Shown here piece after piece: positions 35,449-46,713 of a DNA stretch of 64,000 nucleotides. The translations under genes and the position numbers were made by a program. The number at the start of each line of letters is the position of its first letter. Positions within the stretch are counted from its first letter, which is position 1. This DNA is from Escherichia coli (GTDB taxonomy: Bacteria > Pseudomonadota > Gammaproteobacteria > Enterobacterales > Enterobacteriaceae), in assembly GCF_001677475.2 (NCBI RefSeq), contig NZ_CP015229.1; one strand, given 5' to 3'. The notes beneath the pieces were generated by a model. That model was not told the origin of the DNA and did no database searches. It worked only from the letters and a program-made list of their open reading frames with translations.

Positions 35449-35465
35449 GTGCAAGATGCTTGCCA
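35449..35465 (-). promoter_or_regulatory. Sigma-54 (-24/-12) promoter element for nac
   Basis: Minus-strand sequence CTGGCAAGCATCTTGCA fits TGGCAC-N5-TTGCA and lies about 55 to 70 bp upstream of the nac ATG; nac is known to be NtrC/sigma-54 dependent. Confidence 0.55.
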
Positions 35466-35720
35466 GTTTTATTTTGGCGTTGATGTACAAGCTAACCAGC
35501 TGTCAAATAAGAGATTATGATAGATTCGTCATTGGCTCCTTTAATCAGCTGTCGCGTTCCCCTGCCCTATAAAAGGAGGGTATGCACCACGATGGTTCAT
35601 TACCCAATAAGATTGAAAGCTCACCACTTTGTTGAAATTGACAGCAAACAAACAAAAAAATGCATTTCACCCTTTGACATCACCATGCACTGCCATTAAT
35701 ATGCGCCCCGTTCACACGAT

Positions 35721-35796
35721 TCCTCTGTAGTTCAGTCGGTAGAACGGCGGACTGTTAATCCGTATGTCACTGGTTCGAGTCCAGTCAGAGGAGCCA
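35721..35796 (+). tRNA. asnV: tRNA-Asn (GUU)
   Basis: Identical 76-nt tRNA-Asn sequence; same upstream discriminator as asnT. Confidence 0.95.
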
Positions 35797-35802
35797 AATT
35801 CA

Positions 35803-35832
35803 AAAAAGCCTGCTTTTAAGCAGGCTTTTTGC
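35803..35832 (+). terminator. Intrinsic terminator after asnV
   Basis: aaaaaagcctgc-tttta-agcaggcttttt. Confidence 0.7.
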
Positions 35833-35851
35833 TTTGTAATTACCAACGCTC

Positions 35852-36787
35852 TTAAAACATCTGTCTTGAACCAGAACTAATTTGCACAGGCATTCCCGAT
35901 CGTCGTTGCAACGCAGCATTTGCGCGATTTACATCAACTTCTTGCCCGTTGATAAACGCCCGCAAAGATGGGGTTACCGGCAATGGTACTTTTCGGTCAG
36001 ACTCATATTCTGCACGATTGCGCGACAGCGGCTCATGAACTTCCAGCCACTTTGAACCATCCGGTTCCGTTGTGTATTTCACTGGCTGATCAATAATTTG
36101 AACACGAGTACCTACAGGAACATTATCAAACAGATATTTGATATCGTCATTGCGCAGACGAATACAGCCCTGACTTACCCGGAGCCCAATACCAAAATTG
36201 GCATTGGTACCGTGGATGGCATACAACCTGCCAATATAAATCGCGTACAGCCCCATGGGATTATCGGGACCCGCAGGAACAAATGCGGGCAAACTCTCCC
36301 CTCGTTTCGCATATTCGCGCCGAGTGTTCGGCGTTGGCGTCCAGGTTGGAGCTTCTTGTTTACGTTCAACGGTAGTCACCCAGTTACGCGGGGTTTCTCG
36401 CCCAGCCTGGCCGATACCAATAGGAAAGACTTCCACAGTATTACTGTCTGGCGGGTAGTAATAAAGACGCATCTCAGCGACGTTAACCACAATCCCTTTA
36501 CGAACAGTGGCGGGCAAAATCAGTTGCTGCGGAATGGTGAGTTGTGAGCCAGACTTCGGTAAAAAAACATCAGCGCCCGGATTCGCTTCCAGCATATTAC
36601 TTAACCCTTGCCCGTATTGTGCGGCAAAAGTCTCCAGCGGCTGAGTATTGTGATTAGGAACAGTTACAGTAAGCGACTGCCCCACTAAACGGCTACCCTC
36701 TGGAGGTAATGGATAAGTTACCGCCAGGCTATTTTGGCTGGCAAAAAGCAGAGCAAATGAGCAAAGAATATTTACACGACGCATCAT
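35852..36787 (-). CDS. ldtA: L,D-transpeptidase (ErfK/YbiS family)
   Basis: 311 aa with signal peptide and YkuD catalytic domain (conserved H...GC motif: [22 protein letters not shown]). Confidence 0.85.
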   Translation of the reverse strand: MMRRVNILCSFALLFASQNSLAVTYPLPPEGSRLVGQSLTVTVPNHNTQPLETFAAQYGQGLSNMLEANPGADVFLPKSGSQLTIPQQLILPATVRKGIVVNVAEMRLYYYPPDSNTVEVFPIGIGQAGRETPRNWVTTVERKQEAPTWTPTPNTRREYAKRGESLPAFVPAGPDNPMGLYAIYIGRLYAIHGTNANFGIGLRVSQGCIRLRNDDIKYLFDNVPVGTRVQIIDQPVKYTTEPDGSKWLEVHEPLSRNRAEYESDRKVPLPVTPSLRAFINGQEVDVNRANAALQRRSGMPVQISSGSRQMF

Positions 36788-36848
36788 GTCCCTTTCCTAA
36801 GTCGCGAATACTATCCGATAAGTATAGCTTTTATCAGAATTTTCGTTT

Positions 36849-37928
36849 TTAGCTGTTCAAATCAGAAGTCGTATTCCCCGGTAGAACAATATTACTGGCA
36901 GCAAGTTCGCCCATGTTGTTGTATATCGCACAAGCAGCTTCGATGATGGGCATCGCCAGAGCTGCACCACTCCCCTCACCTAAACGCATATCCATATTGA
37001 GATAAGGCTCCAGCCCCAAATGCGACAGCGCTATACGCGCGCCTTTTTCTGCCGACAAGTGAGAAGGAATGAGATACGGTTTGATTGCAGGAGACATCTG
37101 GTAGGCTGCGAGCGCAGCAGCATAAGAAAGAAATCCATCCAGCAACACAGGTAAACCGCAGGAAGCAGCGCCTAACATCACGCCAGCCATTCCGACCAAA
37201 TCAAATCCACCCACTTTTGCCAGGACATCAACGCCATCCTGAGGATTTGGTTTATTCAACGTAATCGCCCGGCGCACAACATCAATTTTATTAGCCAGTT
37301 TATCTGTCGGCAGGTTTGCGCCAATCCCAACCACTTCTTCAGGATCCCGGCCAGTGATTGTGCTGACTATTGCCGCTGCCGGTGTCGTGTTTGCCATCCC
37401 CAGTTCACCTACACCAAACAGCGTGACACCGTTTTTTGCCAGCTCCCGCGTATAACATATGACGTCCAAAAGCAACTTTTCAGCCTGACGGCGACTCATT
37501 GCCGGAGCTGAAGCAATATTGCCGCTACCTCGTGCGACACGCATGTTGATAAGCCCGGGGATAGGCTTAGCAGTATCAATACCAACATCAATTACGTGGA
37601 CGTTAGCGCCCGCTTGTGCTGCCAGCACACACACGCCGGTTGTTCCGCGGGTCATATTTTCAGCCTGAATGGCTGTCACTTCTTTTGGGGAAATAGCGAC
37701 CCCTTCCTCCCAGACGCCGTGATCGGCACACATAACCAGTACTGCTTTTTTGCCCACATGCGGTATGCCATTCAACCCCGGCATTCCCGCCAGTTGTATG
37801 GCAAGCGCCTCCAGCCTTCCCAGGCTACCAACAGGTTTGAGTAACCCGTCGATATGCCGTTGTGCACGCGACATAGCGGCAGGATCGATGGCAGGGATCG
37901 TATTCAGTAAATCGGCAAGTGTTTGCAT
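36849..37928 (-). CDS. cobT: Nicotinate-nucleotide--dimethylbenzimidazole phosphoribosyltransferase
   Basis: 359 aa; matches CobT in length and sequence pattern; first gene in the cobUST order read on the minus strand. Confidence 0.9.
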   Translation of the reverse strand: MQTLADLLNTIPAIDPAAMSRAQRHIDGLLKPVGSLGRLEALAIQLAGMPGLNGIPHVGKKAVLVMCADHGVWEEGVAISPKEVTAIQAENMTRGTTGVCVLAAQAGANVHVIDVGIDTAKPIPGLINMRVARGSGNIASAPAMSRRQAEKLLLDVICYTRELAKNGVTLFGVGELGMANTTPAAAIVSTITGRDPEEVVGIGANLPTDKLANKIDVVRRAITLNKPNPQDGVDVLAKVGGFDLVGMAGVMLGAASCGLPVLLDGFLSYAAALAAYQMSPAIKPYLIPSHLSAEKGARIALSHLGLEPYLNMDMRLGEGSGAALAMPIIEAACAIYNNMGELAASNIVLPGNTTSDLNS

Positions 37929-37939
37929 GTCACGTCTCT

Positions 37940-38683
37940 TTATAGCATTGCCAGCAGGAAGACCAGTTCACCTAGCTCTATGGCTGCTCCCAGCGTATCG
38001 CCGGTTTGCCCGCCCAGCGTACGTTTGAGAAGCTGACCGAGAATGAAAATCGCAGCCATCGTCAACACCATAGCAGCCACACCATGCATACCCGGCAATA
38101 ATACGGCAGCAAAAATAGCGGCTAAGCCGAGTGTGACGCAGGTTTGTCGCCCATCAATTTTGCCAATGAACACATTGCCAAGCCCTTCTTCCCGGGCATA
38201 ACGATGACGATACATCAATAATGTGGCAGTCCCGCGGCTGACCGCACATGCTGCCGCCAGCGATGCAAGGATCGGTTCGCCACGCAGAGCCAACTCGCTT
38301 AACACCAGAATCTTTGCCAGTACAACAAAAATCAAGGCCAGACCGCCGTGGGTGCCTAACCGGCTATCCCGCATGATTTCCAACATGCGTTCGCGACTAC
38401 GTGCAGAAAATACGCCATCACAGGTATCGGCGAGGCCGTCCAGGTGGAATCCCCCGGTCATCAGCGCCAGCACAAGTACGCTAAACAGTGCCGCCAGTGG
38501 TACGCCACACCATGCCTGCAGCACCATGAAGACCAGCCCGCTGATCGCGCCAAGCAATAATCCAATCAAAGGAAAAGTAATAATACCGCGAGAATAATGC
38601 TCGAAATCCAGTCCCTGGGACCAGCGACGCGGTACAGGCAGACGCGTAATAAAAGAGAGCATCGCCCAAAATAATTTACTCAT
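37940..38683 (-). CDS. cobS: Adenosylcobinamide-GDP ribazoletransferase (cobalamin synthase)
   Basis: 247-aa polytopic membrane protein from [20 protein letters not shown] overlap with the cobU stop; the ORF track 37940..38719 is an upstream extension. Confidence 0.9.
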   Translation of the reverse strand: MSKLFWAMLSFITRLPVPRRWSQGLDFEHYSRGIITFPLIGLLLGAISGLVFMVLQAWCGVPLAALFSVLVLALMTGGFHLDGLADTCDGVFSARSRERMLEIMRDSRLGTHGGLALIFVVLAKILVLSELALRGEPILASLAAACAVSRGTATLLMYRHRYAREEGLGNVFIGKIDGRQTCVTLGLAAIFAAVLLPGMHGVAAMVLTMAAIFILGQLLKRTLGGQTGDTLGAAIELGELVFLLAML

Positions 38684-39225
38684 TTGATTTTTACTCCAAT
38701 ACCCGAAACCACCAGCCATACTTCATTTGCCGCAGCGGCCAGCTGCTGATTTACCCGCCCGGCAATATCACGAAAATGTCGTGCCAGACGACTCTCCGGC
38801 ACAATCCCCATACCCACTTCGTTAGTCACTAATACAACCTTTGCGGGGCAACGTTGGCAGGCAGTAATCAACGACTGAATCTCAGCATTAATCGCCTGTT
38901 CCATCACCTGATAATCCCATTCATCAGGGTCTTTATCGCCGCCATAATCAAACAACAGATTAGTCACCATTGTGGTAACGCATTCCAGCAACACAGCCTC
39001 ATTCGGGTTAATGTCTGCATGAATTAATTCATCAAGATGTTGCCAGCGCTCCACTGTGCGCCAGTGCGCCGGGCGGCCTTGCCGATGATGTTCTATCCGT
39101 GCAGCCATCTCATCATCAAGGATTTGCGAGGTGGCGATATACAGAACCTGTGAAGAGTCCCCAATAAGCGCCTCTGCGTGGCGACTCTTCCCGCTCCGTG
39201 CGCCCCCCGTCACCAAAATCATCAT
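38680..39225 (-). CDS. cobU: Bifunctional adenosylcobinamide kinase / adenosylcobinamide-phosphate guanylyltransferase
   Basis: 181 aa with P-loop GGARSGKS; matches CobU. Confidence 0.9.
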   Translation of the reverse strand: MMILVTGGARSGKSRHAEALIGDSSQVLYIATSQILDDEMAARIEHHRQGRPAHWRTVERWQHLDELIHADINPNEAVLLECVTTMVTNLLFDYGGDKDPDEWDYQVMEQAINAEIQSLITACQRCPAKVVLVTNEVGMGIVPESRLARHFRDIAGRVNQQLAAAANEVWLVVSGIGVKIK

Positions 39226-39358
39226 ACCGACTCCTGATTCATTTGTATGATGGTATTCATTGAACAGAACAATGGATCCCCCACCGTTGCTGACCGCAAA
39301 ACATTTACGCGATTAATACTGCGCGTAATATAATTAAAAATCCAGTATTCTCAATCCA

Positions 39359-39865
39359 TTACGAAAGAAGATGGCATTGCGGGATAGCCAGACTTCCTCG
39401 TGTTAACGTCCGACAAAATGCGTCATTGACAGCGGTTTCTCTGGCATGACAGATTTCATTCAGATAATGGATTAATGCTGCAGCCCCACCAGCCGGACCA
39501 GTCAGCAAACGGGCATTGTGTTCTGCAATCAAAATTACCGTCGTTCCCTCAGAATGAGCGAGCCATTCTGGTACAGATATCTCGCTTTCAGCTGCTATCA
39601 ATAGCAGCACTGAATAATCGCTATATGCATCTGATAACGATTGCACAGGCCCACCGTCAAAAGGCTGGAAATCTTGCTGCCAGTCCTCACCAACAAAACA
39701 GGTTATTGGCAATATTTCAGCCAGATGTTTCGCCAGGTCCACATCTCCAGATAAGAGGCAAAAAAGAGCTATCGATTCGGGTTTTATCGTTTTCATGCCC
39801 CTCGCCCTCCACTTAATTTCCTGTAATGGCGGTCTGGTTGATAAGCCATGAAACAAGATTGCCAC
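39359..39865 (-). CDS. Orphan ORF (145 to 168 aa) occupying the slot of the cbi genes, immediately downstream of the cobalamin riboswitch; possible remnant or fusion of cbi genes
   Basis: ORF track; first ORF after the riboswitch on the cob-operon strand; no family recognised; the corresponding interval in Salmonella holds 17 cbi genes. Confidence 0.4.
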   Translation of the reverse strand: MAILFHGLSTRPPLQEIKWRARGMKTIKPESIALFCLLSGDVDLAKHLAEILPITCFVGEDWQQDFQPFDGGPVQSLSDAYSDYSVLLLIAAESEISVPEWLAHSEGTTVILIAEHNARLLTGPAGGAAALIHYLNEICHARETAVNDAFCRTLTRGSLAIPQCHLLS

Positions 39866-39959
39866 ACCTTAAGTGCAGCCCTGGTGCCTGTCGGCACTGC
39901 GATGAAAGAACTAAATGATGCCGCCATACCCTGATCCTTTCAGGGTGGTAGGGGTATAA

Positions 39960-40190
39960 AGACGCGCCTGTACTCTACCTGACGCTTCCGGGCAACCCAC
40001 TTCCCACCGAAGTTGTTGGTATTGACTGACTGGCTGGTCTTCTGGCTTAGCGTCATCCTCACCCGACCTTCCCAATCTCGCGATCAGTGGCATTTTCGGG
40101 TTTGTCAGCATTACAGCAGCGGGGGCTGCGAGGGATTTTCACCCTCTTCCCAGGCACAAATGTGCCACACCTGTCAGCGTATGTTATGAG
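39960..40190 (-). promoter_or_regulatory. Cobalamin (B12) riboswitch in the cob operon leader
   Basis: The minus strand reads ...GGGAAGAGGGTGAAAATCCCTCGCAGCCCCCGCTGCTGTAATG...GCCACTG...GGGAAGGTCGGGTGAGG..., matching the conserved core and the B12 box (GCCACTG) of the cobalamin riboswitch; located between pocR and the first cob-strand ORF as in Salmonella. Confidence 0.8.
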
Positions 40191-40277
40191 CTGATTTCAC
40201 TTTTCCCATAACAGGTAAATAACGTTAATTATTCATTCCAGCGTTTATTTAAACCTTCCCTTTTTTTAGCATTTACT

Positions 40278-41192
40278 CTATACCGTTTCCATCGCCGCAT
40301 TTTCACTCACTTGCTGTCGATACACCTGCGGCGTAACCTGATAAGTCTGACGAAAAACTTTGCAAAAATAACTGGTTTGTGAAAAACCTAAATTACGCGC
40401 AATGCTGGCGATGCTCCAGTCGCTATGGCACAGTAACTCACGAGCGCTGGCCATCCGTTGTTGGTTTACCCACGCATTAAACCCGATTCCATGGTATTTC
40501 TTGAATAACTTACTGAAATAATAAGGGCTTAGATAAACATGCGAGGCGACATCTTCCAGACGCAAATCGTCTGATAAATGCGCATCAATATAGCGTAAAG
40601 CTTTTTTCATTTTATTGTCGTGGGGACCAGGCGCACGAGTCTGGCGCACCGAATCTGACTGAGATTTGTTCTCTTTAATAACCACAAAATTGAGTTGTTT
40701 TTTGAGGCAATTTTCTACAATCAACTTCAACAAATCAGCAGAGGCCATAACTCTTGAGTAATCCATCTCAGGGACTTTGCGAAATTCATTAAGTAATTCG
40801 GGATCTGCCTGCCAGCAATCATCGACATTCAGAATATCGACCAAATCGACATCATCATTACGCAGACGAACTTGCCCGCACAATACAAAACCGACTAAAT
40901 GCCCGGCGATTACCAGTGGAATAGAGAAATCGGTTAATCCGGCATGACAGCGATAAATACAAGGCTGATCGGATTTAGAGGCTTCCAGGCCCCCACAACG
41001 ATCGCTCATGCGACATCGAGTGCTTAGCTGAGGGTGTTGCCGCATCAACTGACAAAATGGAGTGAAGTTAAACAGCTCGGAAATTTCATCGCCGTGAATA
41101 TTGACCACGACAACCGCAAGGCTGGTCGCCTGCGCAAAATCCTGCGCGATTTTATTAATGAGTTCTGAATTAAGTGTCGCCGCAGAAATCAT
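40278..41192 (-). CDS. pocR: AraC-family regulator PocR (activator of pdu and cob operons)
   Basis: 304 aa; C-terminal AraC-type HTH (DVASHVYLSPYYFSKLFKKYHGIGFNAWVNQQRMASARELL); position between pduF and the cob leader. Confidence 0.85.
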   Translation of the reverse strand: MISAATLNSELINKIAQDFAQATSLAVVVVNIHGDEISELFNFTPFCQLMRQHPQLSTRCRMSDRCGGLEASKSDQPCIYRCHAGLTDFSIPLVIAGHLVGFVLCGQVRLRNDDVDLVDILNVDDCWQADPELLNEFRKVPEMDYSRVMASADLLKLIVENCLKKQLNFVVIKENKSQSDSVRQTRAPGPHDNKMKKALRYIDAHLSDDLRLEDVASHVYLSPYYFSKLFKKYHGIGFNAWVNQQRMASARELLCHSDWSIASIARNLGFSQTSYFCKVFRQTYQVTPQVYRQQVSENAAMETV

Positions 41193-41394
41193 GATAAAAC
41201 CTCCCAGTTAATTTATTGTTATAGCAAAACAATTGTTTTACATTTAATCTTCACATCATCCTTGATGATTTACTGACGAGAAGCACAAAGGACAATAACA
41301 AAAGCCTCCGTGAAGCGGGAGACTTTTTAATAAGTTCGGAAAGCAGATCACAAACAGTAAAAAAATAAACGTTTATAACTGCCAGATTATTTCG

Positions 41395-42204
41395 TTATTC
41401 GCTGATTTCTTTAGGCGTTACACTATTGACAGGTAAATTCTTTGCAATGAGATAGCGATAAATCGCCGCACCAACACATGCGCCAATGATCGGTGCAATA
41501 ATGGGTACAATGAAATAAGGAATATTGCGTCCACCAGTCATCGCAATTTCCCCCCAACCCGCAAGCCAGGTGAAAAATTTAGGTCCAAAATCACGCGCTG
41601 GATTCATGGCAAAACCGGTTAATGGTCCGGTAGAAGCACCAATAACAGCAACCAGAATACCAATTAGTAAAGGCGCAAGCGGTCCTTTGGGTACGCCATT
41701 ACCGTCATCGGTCAACGCCATAATCAACCCCATTAACATGGACGTTATGACCACTTCGACCAACGCAGCTTGCCATACATTAATCGCCGCTGCCGGATAA
41801 GTACTGAAGATACTGGCGAGTTGTAAACTTTCTGCACTACCACGCACCATATTGTGAGCAGATTCAAAATCGGTAAACAAACTGCTGTATAGAGAATATG
41901 CCAGAACCGCACCACCAAAGGCACCCGCTAATTGCGCCACACAAAATGGCAGCACTTTACGGGCTGGGAAAGAGGCAAACAGCCACAGAGCAATGGTAAC
42001 TGCCGGGTTGAGATGAGCGCCGGAAATACCTGCCGTAAGGTAAACAGCAAGCGAAATCCCTAACCCCCAAATGATACAAATTTCCCACAGTCCCAGACTT
42101 GCCCCGGCAACTTTCAGGGCGCACAAACAACCAATGCCAAAAAAGAGGAACAGTCCGGTGCCTAAAAACTCGGCAACGCATTGCGCCTTGAGTGAATCAT
42201 TCAT
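41395..42204 (-). CDS. pduF: Propanediol diffusion facilitator (MIP/aquaporin family)
   Basis: Two NPA motifs (HLNPAVT and NPARDFGPK), six TM helices; start taken at MNDSLKAQC within ORF 41395..42243. Confidence 0.85.
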   Translation of the reverse strand: MNDSLKAQCVAEFLGTGLFLFFGIGCLCALKVAGASLGLWEICIIWGLGISLAVYLTAGISGAHLNPAVTIALWLFASFPARKVLPFCVAQLAGAFGGAVLAYSLYSSLFTDFESAHNMVRGSAESLQLASIFSTYPAAAINVWQAALVEVVITSMLMGLIMALTDDGNGVPKGPLAPLLIGILVAVIGASTGPLTGFAMNPARDFGPKFFTWLAGWGEIAMTGGRNIPYFIVPIIAPIIGACVGAAIYRYLIAKNLPVNSVTPKEISE

Positions 42205-42243
42205 AGTGACACCTTCTTTACGGAGTTTTTCTTTATCAGCCAA

Positions 42244-42716
42244 CTATGCGCTGATTGTTGTGTATATCGAGCGCAACTATAAAAAATTGCTCTGCAGAAA
42301 ATATTGCCAACATGCATGACAGACTCGTGTAAAAATCGTTCTAACATAGCAAATTATTGTCATTGCCGAAGCATGCAACACAGCGTTAATCAGTGTTGAA
42401 AGTAATAATTACTGTCAAACTTTCACAATAAAAAATTGTCATCATGATATAATAAAATTTAAACAAATATCACAATTCCCTTCCGCCAACCAAACCCAAC
42501 GAAATTTTATCCGCGATTAACCCCCTCAACCAACGCAATTAATTCACATTGAAACATCCACAAAATAACCAAGAAATTAATAACATATAGTTTATAAAAG
42601 CAATTTTATAATATTTGCCCTCTATTAATTTTTCTCATTAGCCGATTAAGTCAGCCATTCTTTTTCCTCGCTTTTTTTTATAGTCATATCGTCAAAAAAA
42701 TCCAGGCGAGGTCTTT
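42244..42716. promoter_or_regulatory. Divergent pduF/pocR - pduA control region
   Basis: 473-bp AT-rich intergenic region between divergently transcribed pduF and pduA; expected site of the pdu promoters and PocR binding. Confidence 0.5.
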
Positions 42717-43001
42717 ATGCAACAAGAAGCGTTAGGAATGGTAGAAACCAAAGGCTTAACTGCCGCCATAGAGGCCGCAGACGCCATGGTGAAGTCGGCA
42801 AATGTTTTGCTGGTCGGCTACGAAAAAATAGGTTCCGGGCTGGTGACAGTCATCGTTCGTGGTGATGTCGGGGCGGTAAAAGCGGCAACAGACGCAGGTG
42901 CCGCAGCTGCGCGTAACGTCGGCGAAGTAAAAGCCGTACACGTTATTCCCCGCCCACATACCGATGTCGAAAAAATCTTACCAAAGGGAATTAACCCATG
43001 A
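42717..43001 (+). CDS. pduA: BMC-H shell protein PduA
   Basis: 94 aa with a single BMC domain ([30 protein letters not shown]...). Confidence 0.9.
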   Translation: MQQEALGMVETKGLTAAIEAADAMVKSANVLLVGYEKIGSGLVTVIVRGDVGAVKAATDAGAAAARNVGEVKAVHVIPRPHTDVEKILPKGINP

Positions 43002-43810
43002 GCAGCAATGAACTGGTCAAACAGATCATGGCGCAGGTCATCGCTCGCGTAGCGACGCCAGAGCATGAGGTTCTCCCGAAAACCACTCATCAAATACGAG
43101 AGACGGCTATGGCAGAAAAAAGCTGCACGTTAACAGAATTTGTTGGCACCGCTATTGGCGACACTGTAGGTCTGGTCATTGCGAACGTTGATAGCGCCCT
43201 GTTGGACGCGATGAAACTTGAAAAACGCTATCGTTCCATTGGCATTCTGGGTGCGCGTATTGGCGCAGGGCCACACATTATGGCCGCTGATGAAGCGGTA
43301 AAAGCCACCAACACTGAAGTTATTAGCATTGAACTTCCTCGGGATACTAAAGGCGGTGCCGGACATGGCTCATTGATCCTCTTAGGTGGCAACGATGTTT
43401 CCGACGTGAAACGCGGTATTGAAGTCGCCCTGAAAGAACTCGATCGGACCTTTGGCGATGTCTATGCCAACGAAGCCGGACATCTTGAGCTGCAATATAC
43501 CGCCCGCGCCAGCTATGCACTGGAAAAAGCGTTTGGAGCACCATTGGGACGGGCTTGCGGCGTTATTGTCGGCGCTCCGGCTGCGGTGGGTGTTCTGATG
43601 GCCGACACCGCGCTGAAGTCCGCCAATGTGGATGTCGTGGCATACAGCTCCCCCGCTCAAGGCACCAGCTACAGCAACGAAGTCATTCTGATTATCTCGG
43701 GTGACTCCGGCGCAGTCCGCCAGGCGGTCATCTCCGCACGCGAAATCGGTAAAACCGTGCTTTCGACTCTCGGCGATACACCGAAAAACGATCGCCCTTC
43801 CTACATCTGA
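42998..43810 (+). CDS. pduB: Tandem-BMC shell protein PduB (an internal start would give PduB-prime)
   Basis: 270 aa; ATGA overlap with pduA; internal Met at [11 protein letters not shown] corresponds to the known PduB-prime start. Confidence 0.85.
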   Translation: MSSNELVKQIMAQVIARVATPEHEVLPKTTHQIRETAMAEKSCTLTEFVGTAIGDTVGLVIANVDSALLDAMKLEKRYRSIGILGARIGAGPHIMAADEAVKATNTEVISIELPRDTKGGAGHGSLILLGGNDVSDVKRGIEVALKELDRTFGDVYANEAGHLELQYTARASYALEKAFGAPLGRACGVIVGAPAAVGVLMADTALKSANVDVVAYSSPAQGTSYSNEVILIISGDSGAVRQAVISAREIGKTVLSTLGDTPKNDRPSYI

Positions 43811-43828
43811 ATTCTCTGAGGCAGATTT

Positions 43829-45493
43829 ATGAGATCGAAAAGATTTGAAGCACTGGCAAAACGCCCGGTCAACCAGGACGGTTTCGTTAAAGAGTGGATT
43901 GAAGAAGGCTTCATTGCGATGGAAAGCCCGAACGATCCTAAACCGTCAATCAAAATTGTTAACGGCGTCGTTACCGAACTGGATGGAAAACCCGCCAGTC
44001 AGTTTGACCTGATCGACCACTTTATCGCCCGCTACGGCATCAATCTCGCGCGCGCAGAGGAAGTCATCGCGATGGATTCGGTAAAACTGGCCAATATGTT
44101 GTGCGATCCAAATGTCAAACGTAGCAATATCGTTCCCCTTACCACAGCAATGACGCCTGCAAAAATAGTCGAAGTAGTTTCGCAGATGAACGTGGTAGAG
44201 ATGATGATGGCGATGCAGAAAATGCGCGCCCGTCGAACACCATCACAACAGGCTCACGTCACCAACGTCAAAGATAACCCGGTACAAATTGCCGCCGACG
44301 CAGCTGAAGGCGCATGGCGCGGGTTTGATGAACAGGAAACCACCGTTGCCGTTGCTCGCTATGCCCCGTTCAACGCCATCGCCCTGCTGGTCGGCTCACA
44401 GGTGGGACGCCCGGGCGTCTTGACCCAGTGTTCACTGGAAGAAGCCACCGAACTGAAACTCGGTATGTTAGGCCACACCTGTTACGCCGAAACAATTTCT
44501 GTCTATGGTACAGAACCTGTTTTCACCGATGGCGATGACACCCCGTGGTCAAAAGGATTTCTCGCGTCATCCTATGCTTCTCGCGGCTTAAAAATGCGCT
44601 TTACTTCCGGCTCTGGCTCTGAAGTACAGATGGGTTACGCGGAAGGTAAATCAATGCTTTATCTCGAGGCTCGTTGCATTTACATCACCAAAGCCGCAGG
44701 CGTTCAGGGCCTGCAGAGTGGTTCGGTAAGCTGCATCGGTGTTCCATCAGCTGTGCCATCAGGCATCCGCGCGGTATTAGCGGAAAACTTAATTTGCTCA
44801 TCGCTGGACCTGGAATGCGCCTCCAGTAATGACCAGACCTTTACCCACTCGGATATGCGCCGTACAGCACGTTTCCTGATGCAGTTTCTGCCAGGTACCG
44901 ACTTTATCTCTTCCGGTTTTTCCGCTGTGCCGAACTACGACAACATGTTTGCTGGTTCAAACGAAGATGCTGAAGACTTCGATGATTACAACGTCATTCA
45001 GCGTGACCTGAAGGTTGATGGCGGGCTGCGACCAGTACGCGAAGAAGATGTTATCGCTATCCGCAATAAAGCCGCTCGCGCTTTACAGGCTGTCTTTGCC
45101 GGTATGGGACTACCGCCTATTACCGATGAAGAAGTCGAAGCGGCAACCTATGCCCACGGTTCGAAAGATATGCCTGAGCGCAATATTGTGGAAGACATTA
45201 AGTTCGCCCAGGAGATTATCAATAAAAACCGTAACAGCCTGGAAGTGGTGAAAGCCCTGGCGCAAGGCGGTTTTACCGATGTCGCCCAGGCCATGCTCAA
45301 CATGCAAAAAGCAAAACTGACCGGCGATTATCTCCATACCTCAGCCATCATCGTCGATGACGGACAAGTGCTCTCTGCGGTCAATGACATCAATGATTAC
45401 GCCGGACCGGCTACAGGTTACCGCCTGCAAGGGGAACGCTGGGAAGAGATCAAAAATATTCCCGGTGCACTTGATCCCAACGAAATTGACTAA
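43829..45493 (+). CDS. pduC: B12-dependent diol dehydratase large subunit
   Basis: 554 aa; MRSKRFEALAKRPVNQDGFVKEWIEEG... matches PduC/PddA. Confidence 0.9.
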   Translation: MRSKRFEALAKRPVNQDGFVKEWIEEGFIAMESPNDPKPSIKIVNGVVTELDGKPASQFDLIDHFIARYGINLARAEEVIAMDSVKLANMLCDPNVKRSNIVPLTTAMTPAKIVEVVSQMNVVEMMMAMQKMRARRTPSQQAHVTNVKDNPVQIAADAAEGAWRGFDEQETTVAVARYAPFNAIALLVGSQVGRPGVLTQCSLEEATELKLGMLGHTCYAETISVYGTEPVFTDGDDTPWSKGFLASSYASRGLKMRFTSGSGSEVQMGYAEGKSMLYLEARCIYITKAAGVQGLQSGSVSCIGVPSAVPSGIRAVLAENLICSSLDLECASSNDQTFTHSDMRRTARFLMQFLPGTDFISSGFSAVPNYDNMFAGSNEDAEDFDDYNVIQRDLKVDGGLRPVREEDVIAIRNKAARALQAVFAGMGLPPITDEEVEAATYAHGSKDMPERNIVEDIKFAQEIINKNRNSLEVVKALAQGGFTDVAQAMLNMQKAKLTGDYLHTSAIIVDDGQVLSAVNDINDYAGPATGYRLQGERWEEIKNIPGALDPNEID

Positions 45494-45502
45494 GGGTGAG
45501 AA

Positions 45503-46171
45503 ATGGAAATTAACGAAAAATTACTGCGTCAGATTATCGAAGACGTGCTGGCAGAAATGCAAACCAGCGACAAGTCCGTTTCATTTCGCGCACCTGTCTC
45601 TGCAACTGCCTTTTCCGCGCCAGATACCGGAAATTTTCTGACCGAAATTGGCGAAGCACAACAAGGCACTCAGCAAGATGAAGTCATTATTGCTGTAGGC
45701 CCGGCGTTCGGCCTGGCGCAAACCGTCAATATCATCGGTATTCCGCATAAAAACATCTTGTGCGAAGTGATTGCCGGTATCGAAGAAGAAGGCATTAAAG
45801 CCCGTGTGATTCGCTGCTTTAAATCGTCCGATGTCGCATTCGTAGCAGTCGAAGGCGATCGTCTTAGTGGTTCAGGTATTGCTATCGGTATTCAGTCGAA
45901 AGGTACAACGGTTATCCACCAGCAAGGTCTTCCTCCCTTGTCTAACCTGGAACTTTTCCCACAAGCGCCTTTGTTGACGCTGGATACTTATCGTCAGATT
46001 GGCAAAAACGCCGCGCGTTATGCGAAGCGTGAGTCTCCACAACCGGTGCCGACCCTCAACGATCAAATGGCGCGGCCGAAATACCAGGCCAAATCTGCCA
46101 TTTTGCATATTAAAGAGACGAAGTACGTGGTCACTGGCAAAAAACCGCAAGAACTGCGCGTGACGTTTTAA
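45503..46171 (+). CDS. pduD: Diol dehydratase medium subunit
   Basis: 222 aa; position and size match PduD. Confidence 0.85.
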   Translation: MEINEKLLRQIIEDVLAEMQTSDKSVSFRAPVSATAFSAPDTGNFLTEIGEAQQGTQQDEVIIAVGPAFGLAQTVNIIGIPHKNILCEVIAGIEEEGIKARVIRCFKSSDVAFVAVEGDRLSGSGIAIGIQSKGTTVIHQQGLPPLSNLELFPQAPLLTLDTYRQIGKNAARYAKRESPQPVPTLNDQMARPKYQAKSAILHIKETKYVVTGKKPQELRVTF

Positions 46172-46185
46172 CAAAGGAAACCTTC

Positions 46186-46704
46186 ATGAATACCGATGCA
46201 ATTGAGTCGATGGTCAGGGACGTGTTGAATCGCATGAACAGTTTACAGGATGCAGCTCCTGTTTCTGCGGTCCCCAACGCGTCAATACAGAGCGCCAAAG
46301 TGACGGATTACCCGCTGGCAAATAAACATCCGGAATGGGTTAAAACAGCGACCAATAAAACGCTCGACGATTTCACCCTGGAAAATGTGCTAAGCGATAA
46401 CGTCACCGCCCAGGATATGCGCATTACCCCTGAAACATTGCGTATTCAGGCTGCGATTGCCAGAGATGCTGGTCGCGATCGTCTGGCGATGAATTTTGAA
46501 CGCGCCGCTGAGCTTACCTCAGTACCGGATGATCGCATCCTCGAAATCTACAATGCGTTACGCCCTTATCGTTCAACTAAGCAAGAACTTATTGCCATTG
46601 CTGACGATCTTGAACGGCGTTATCAGGCCCAAATTTGTGCTGCATTTGTCCGTGAAGCTGCGGAACTTTATGTCGAGCGCAAAAAACTGAAAGGCGACGA
46701 TTAA
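46186..46704 (+). CDS. pduE: Diol dehydratase small subunit
   Basis: 172 aa; position and size match PduE. Confidence 0.85.
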   Translation: MNTDAIESMVRDVLNRMNSLQDAAPVSAVPNASIQSAKVTDYPLANKHPEWVKTATNKTLDDFTLENVLSDNVTAQDMRITPETLRIQAAIARDAGRDRLAMNFERAAELTSVPDDRILEIYNALRPYRSTKQELIAIADDLERRYQAQICAAFVREAAELYVERKKLKGDD

Positions 46705-46713
46705 GGACGAACT

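Noticed and set aside
39911-40111. 66-aa ORF on the minus strand
   Set aside because: Lies entirely within the cobalamin riboswitch; the structured-RNA explanation is much better supported.
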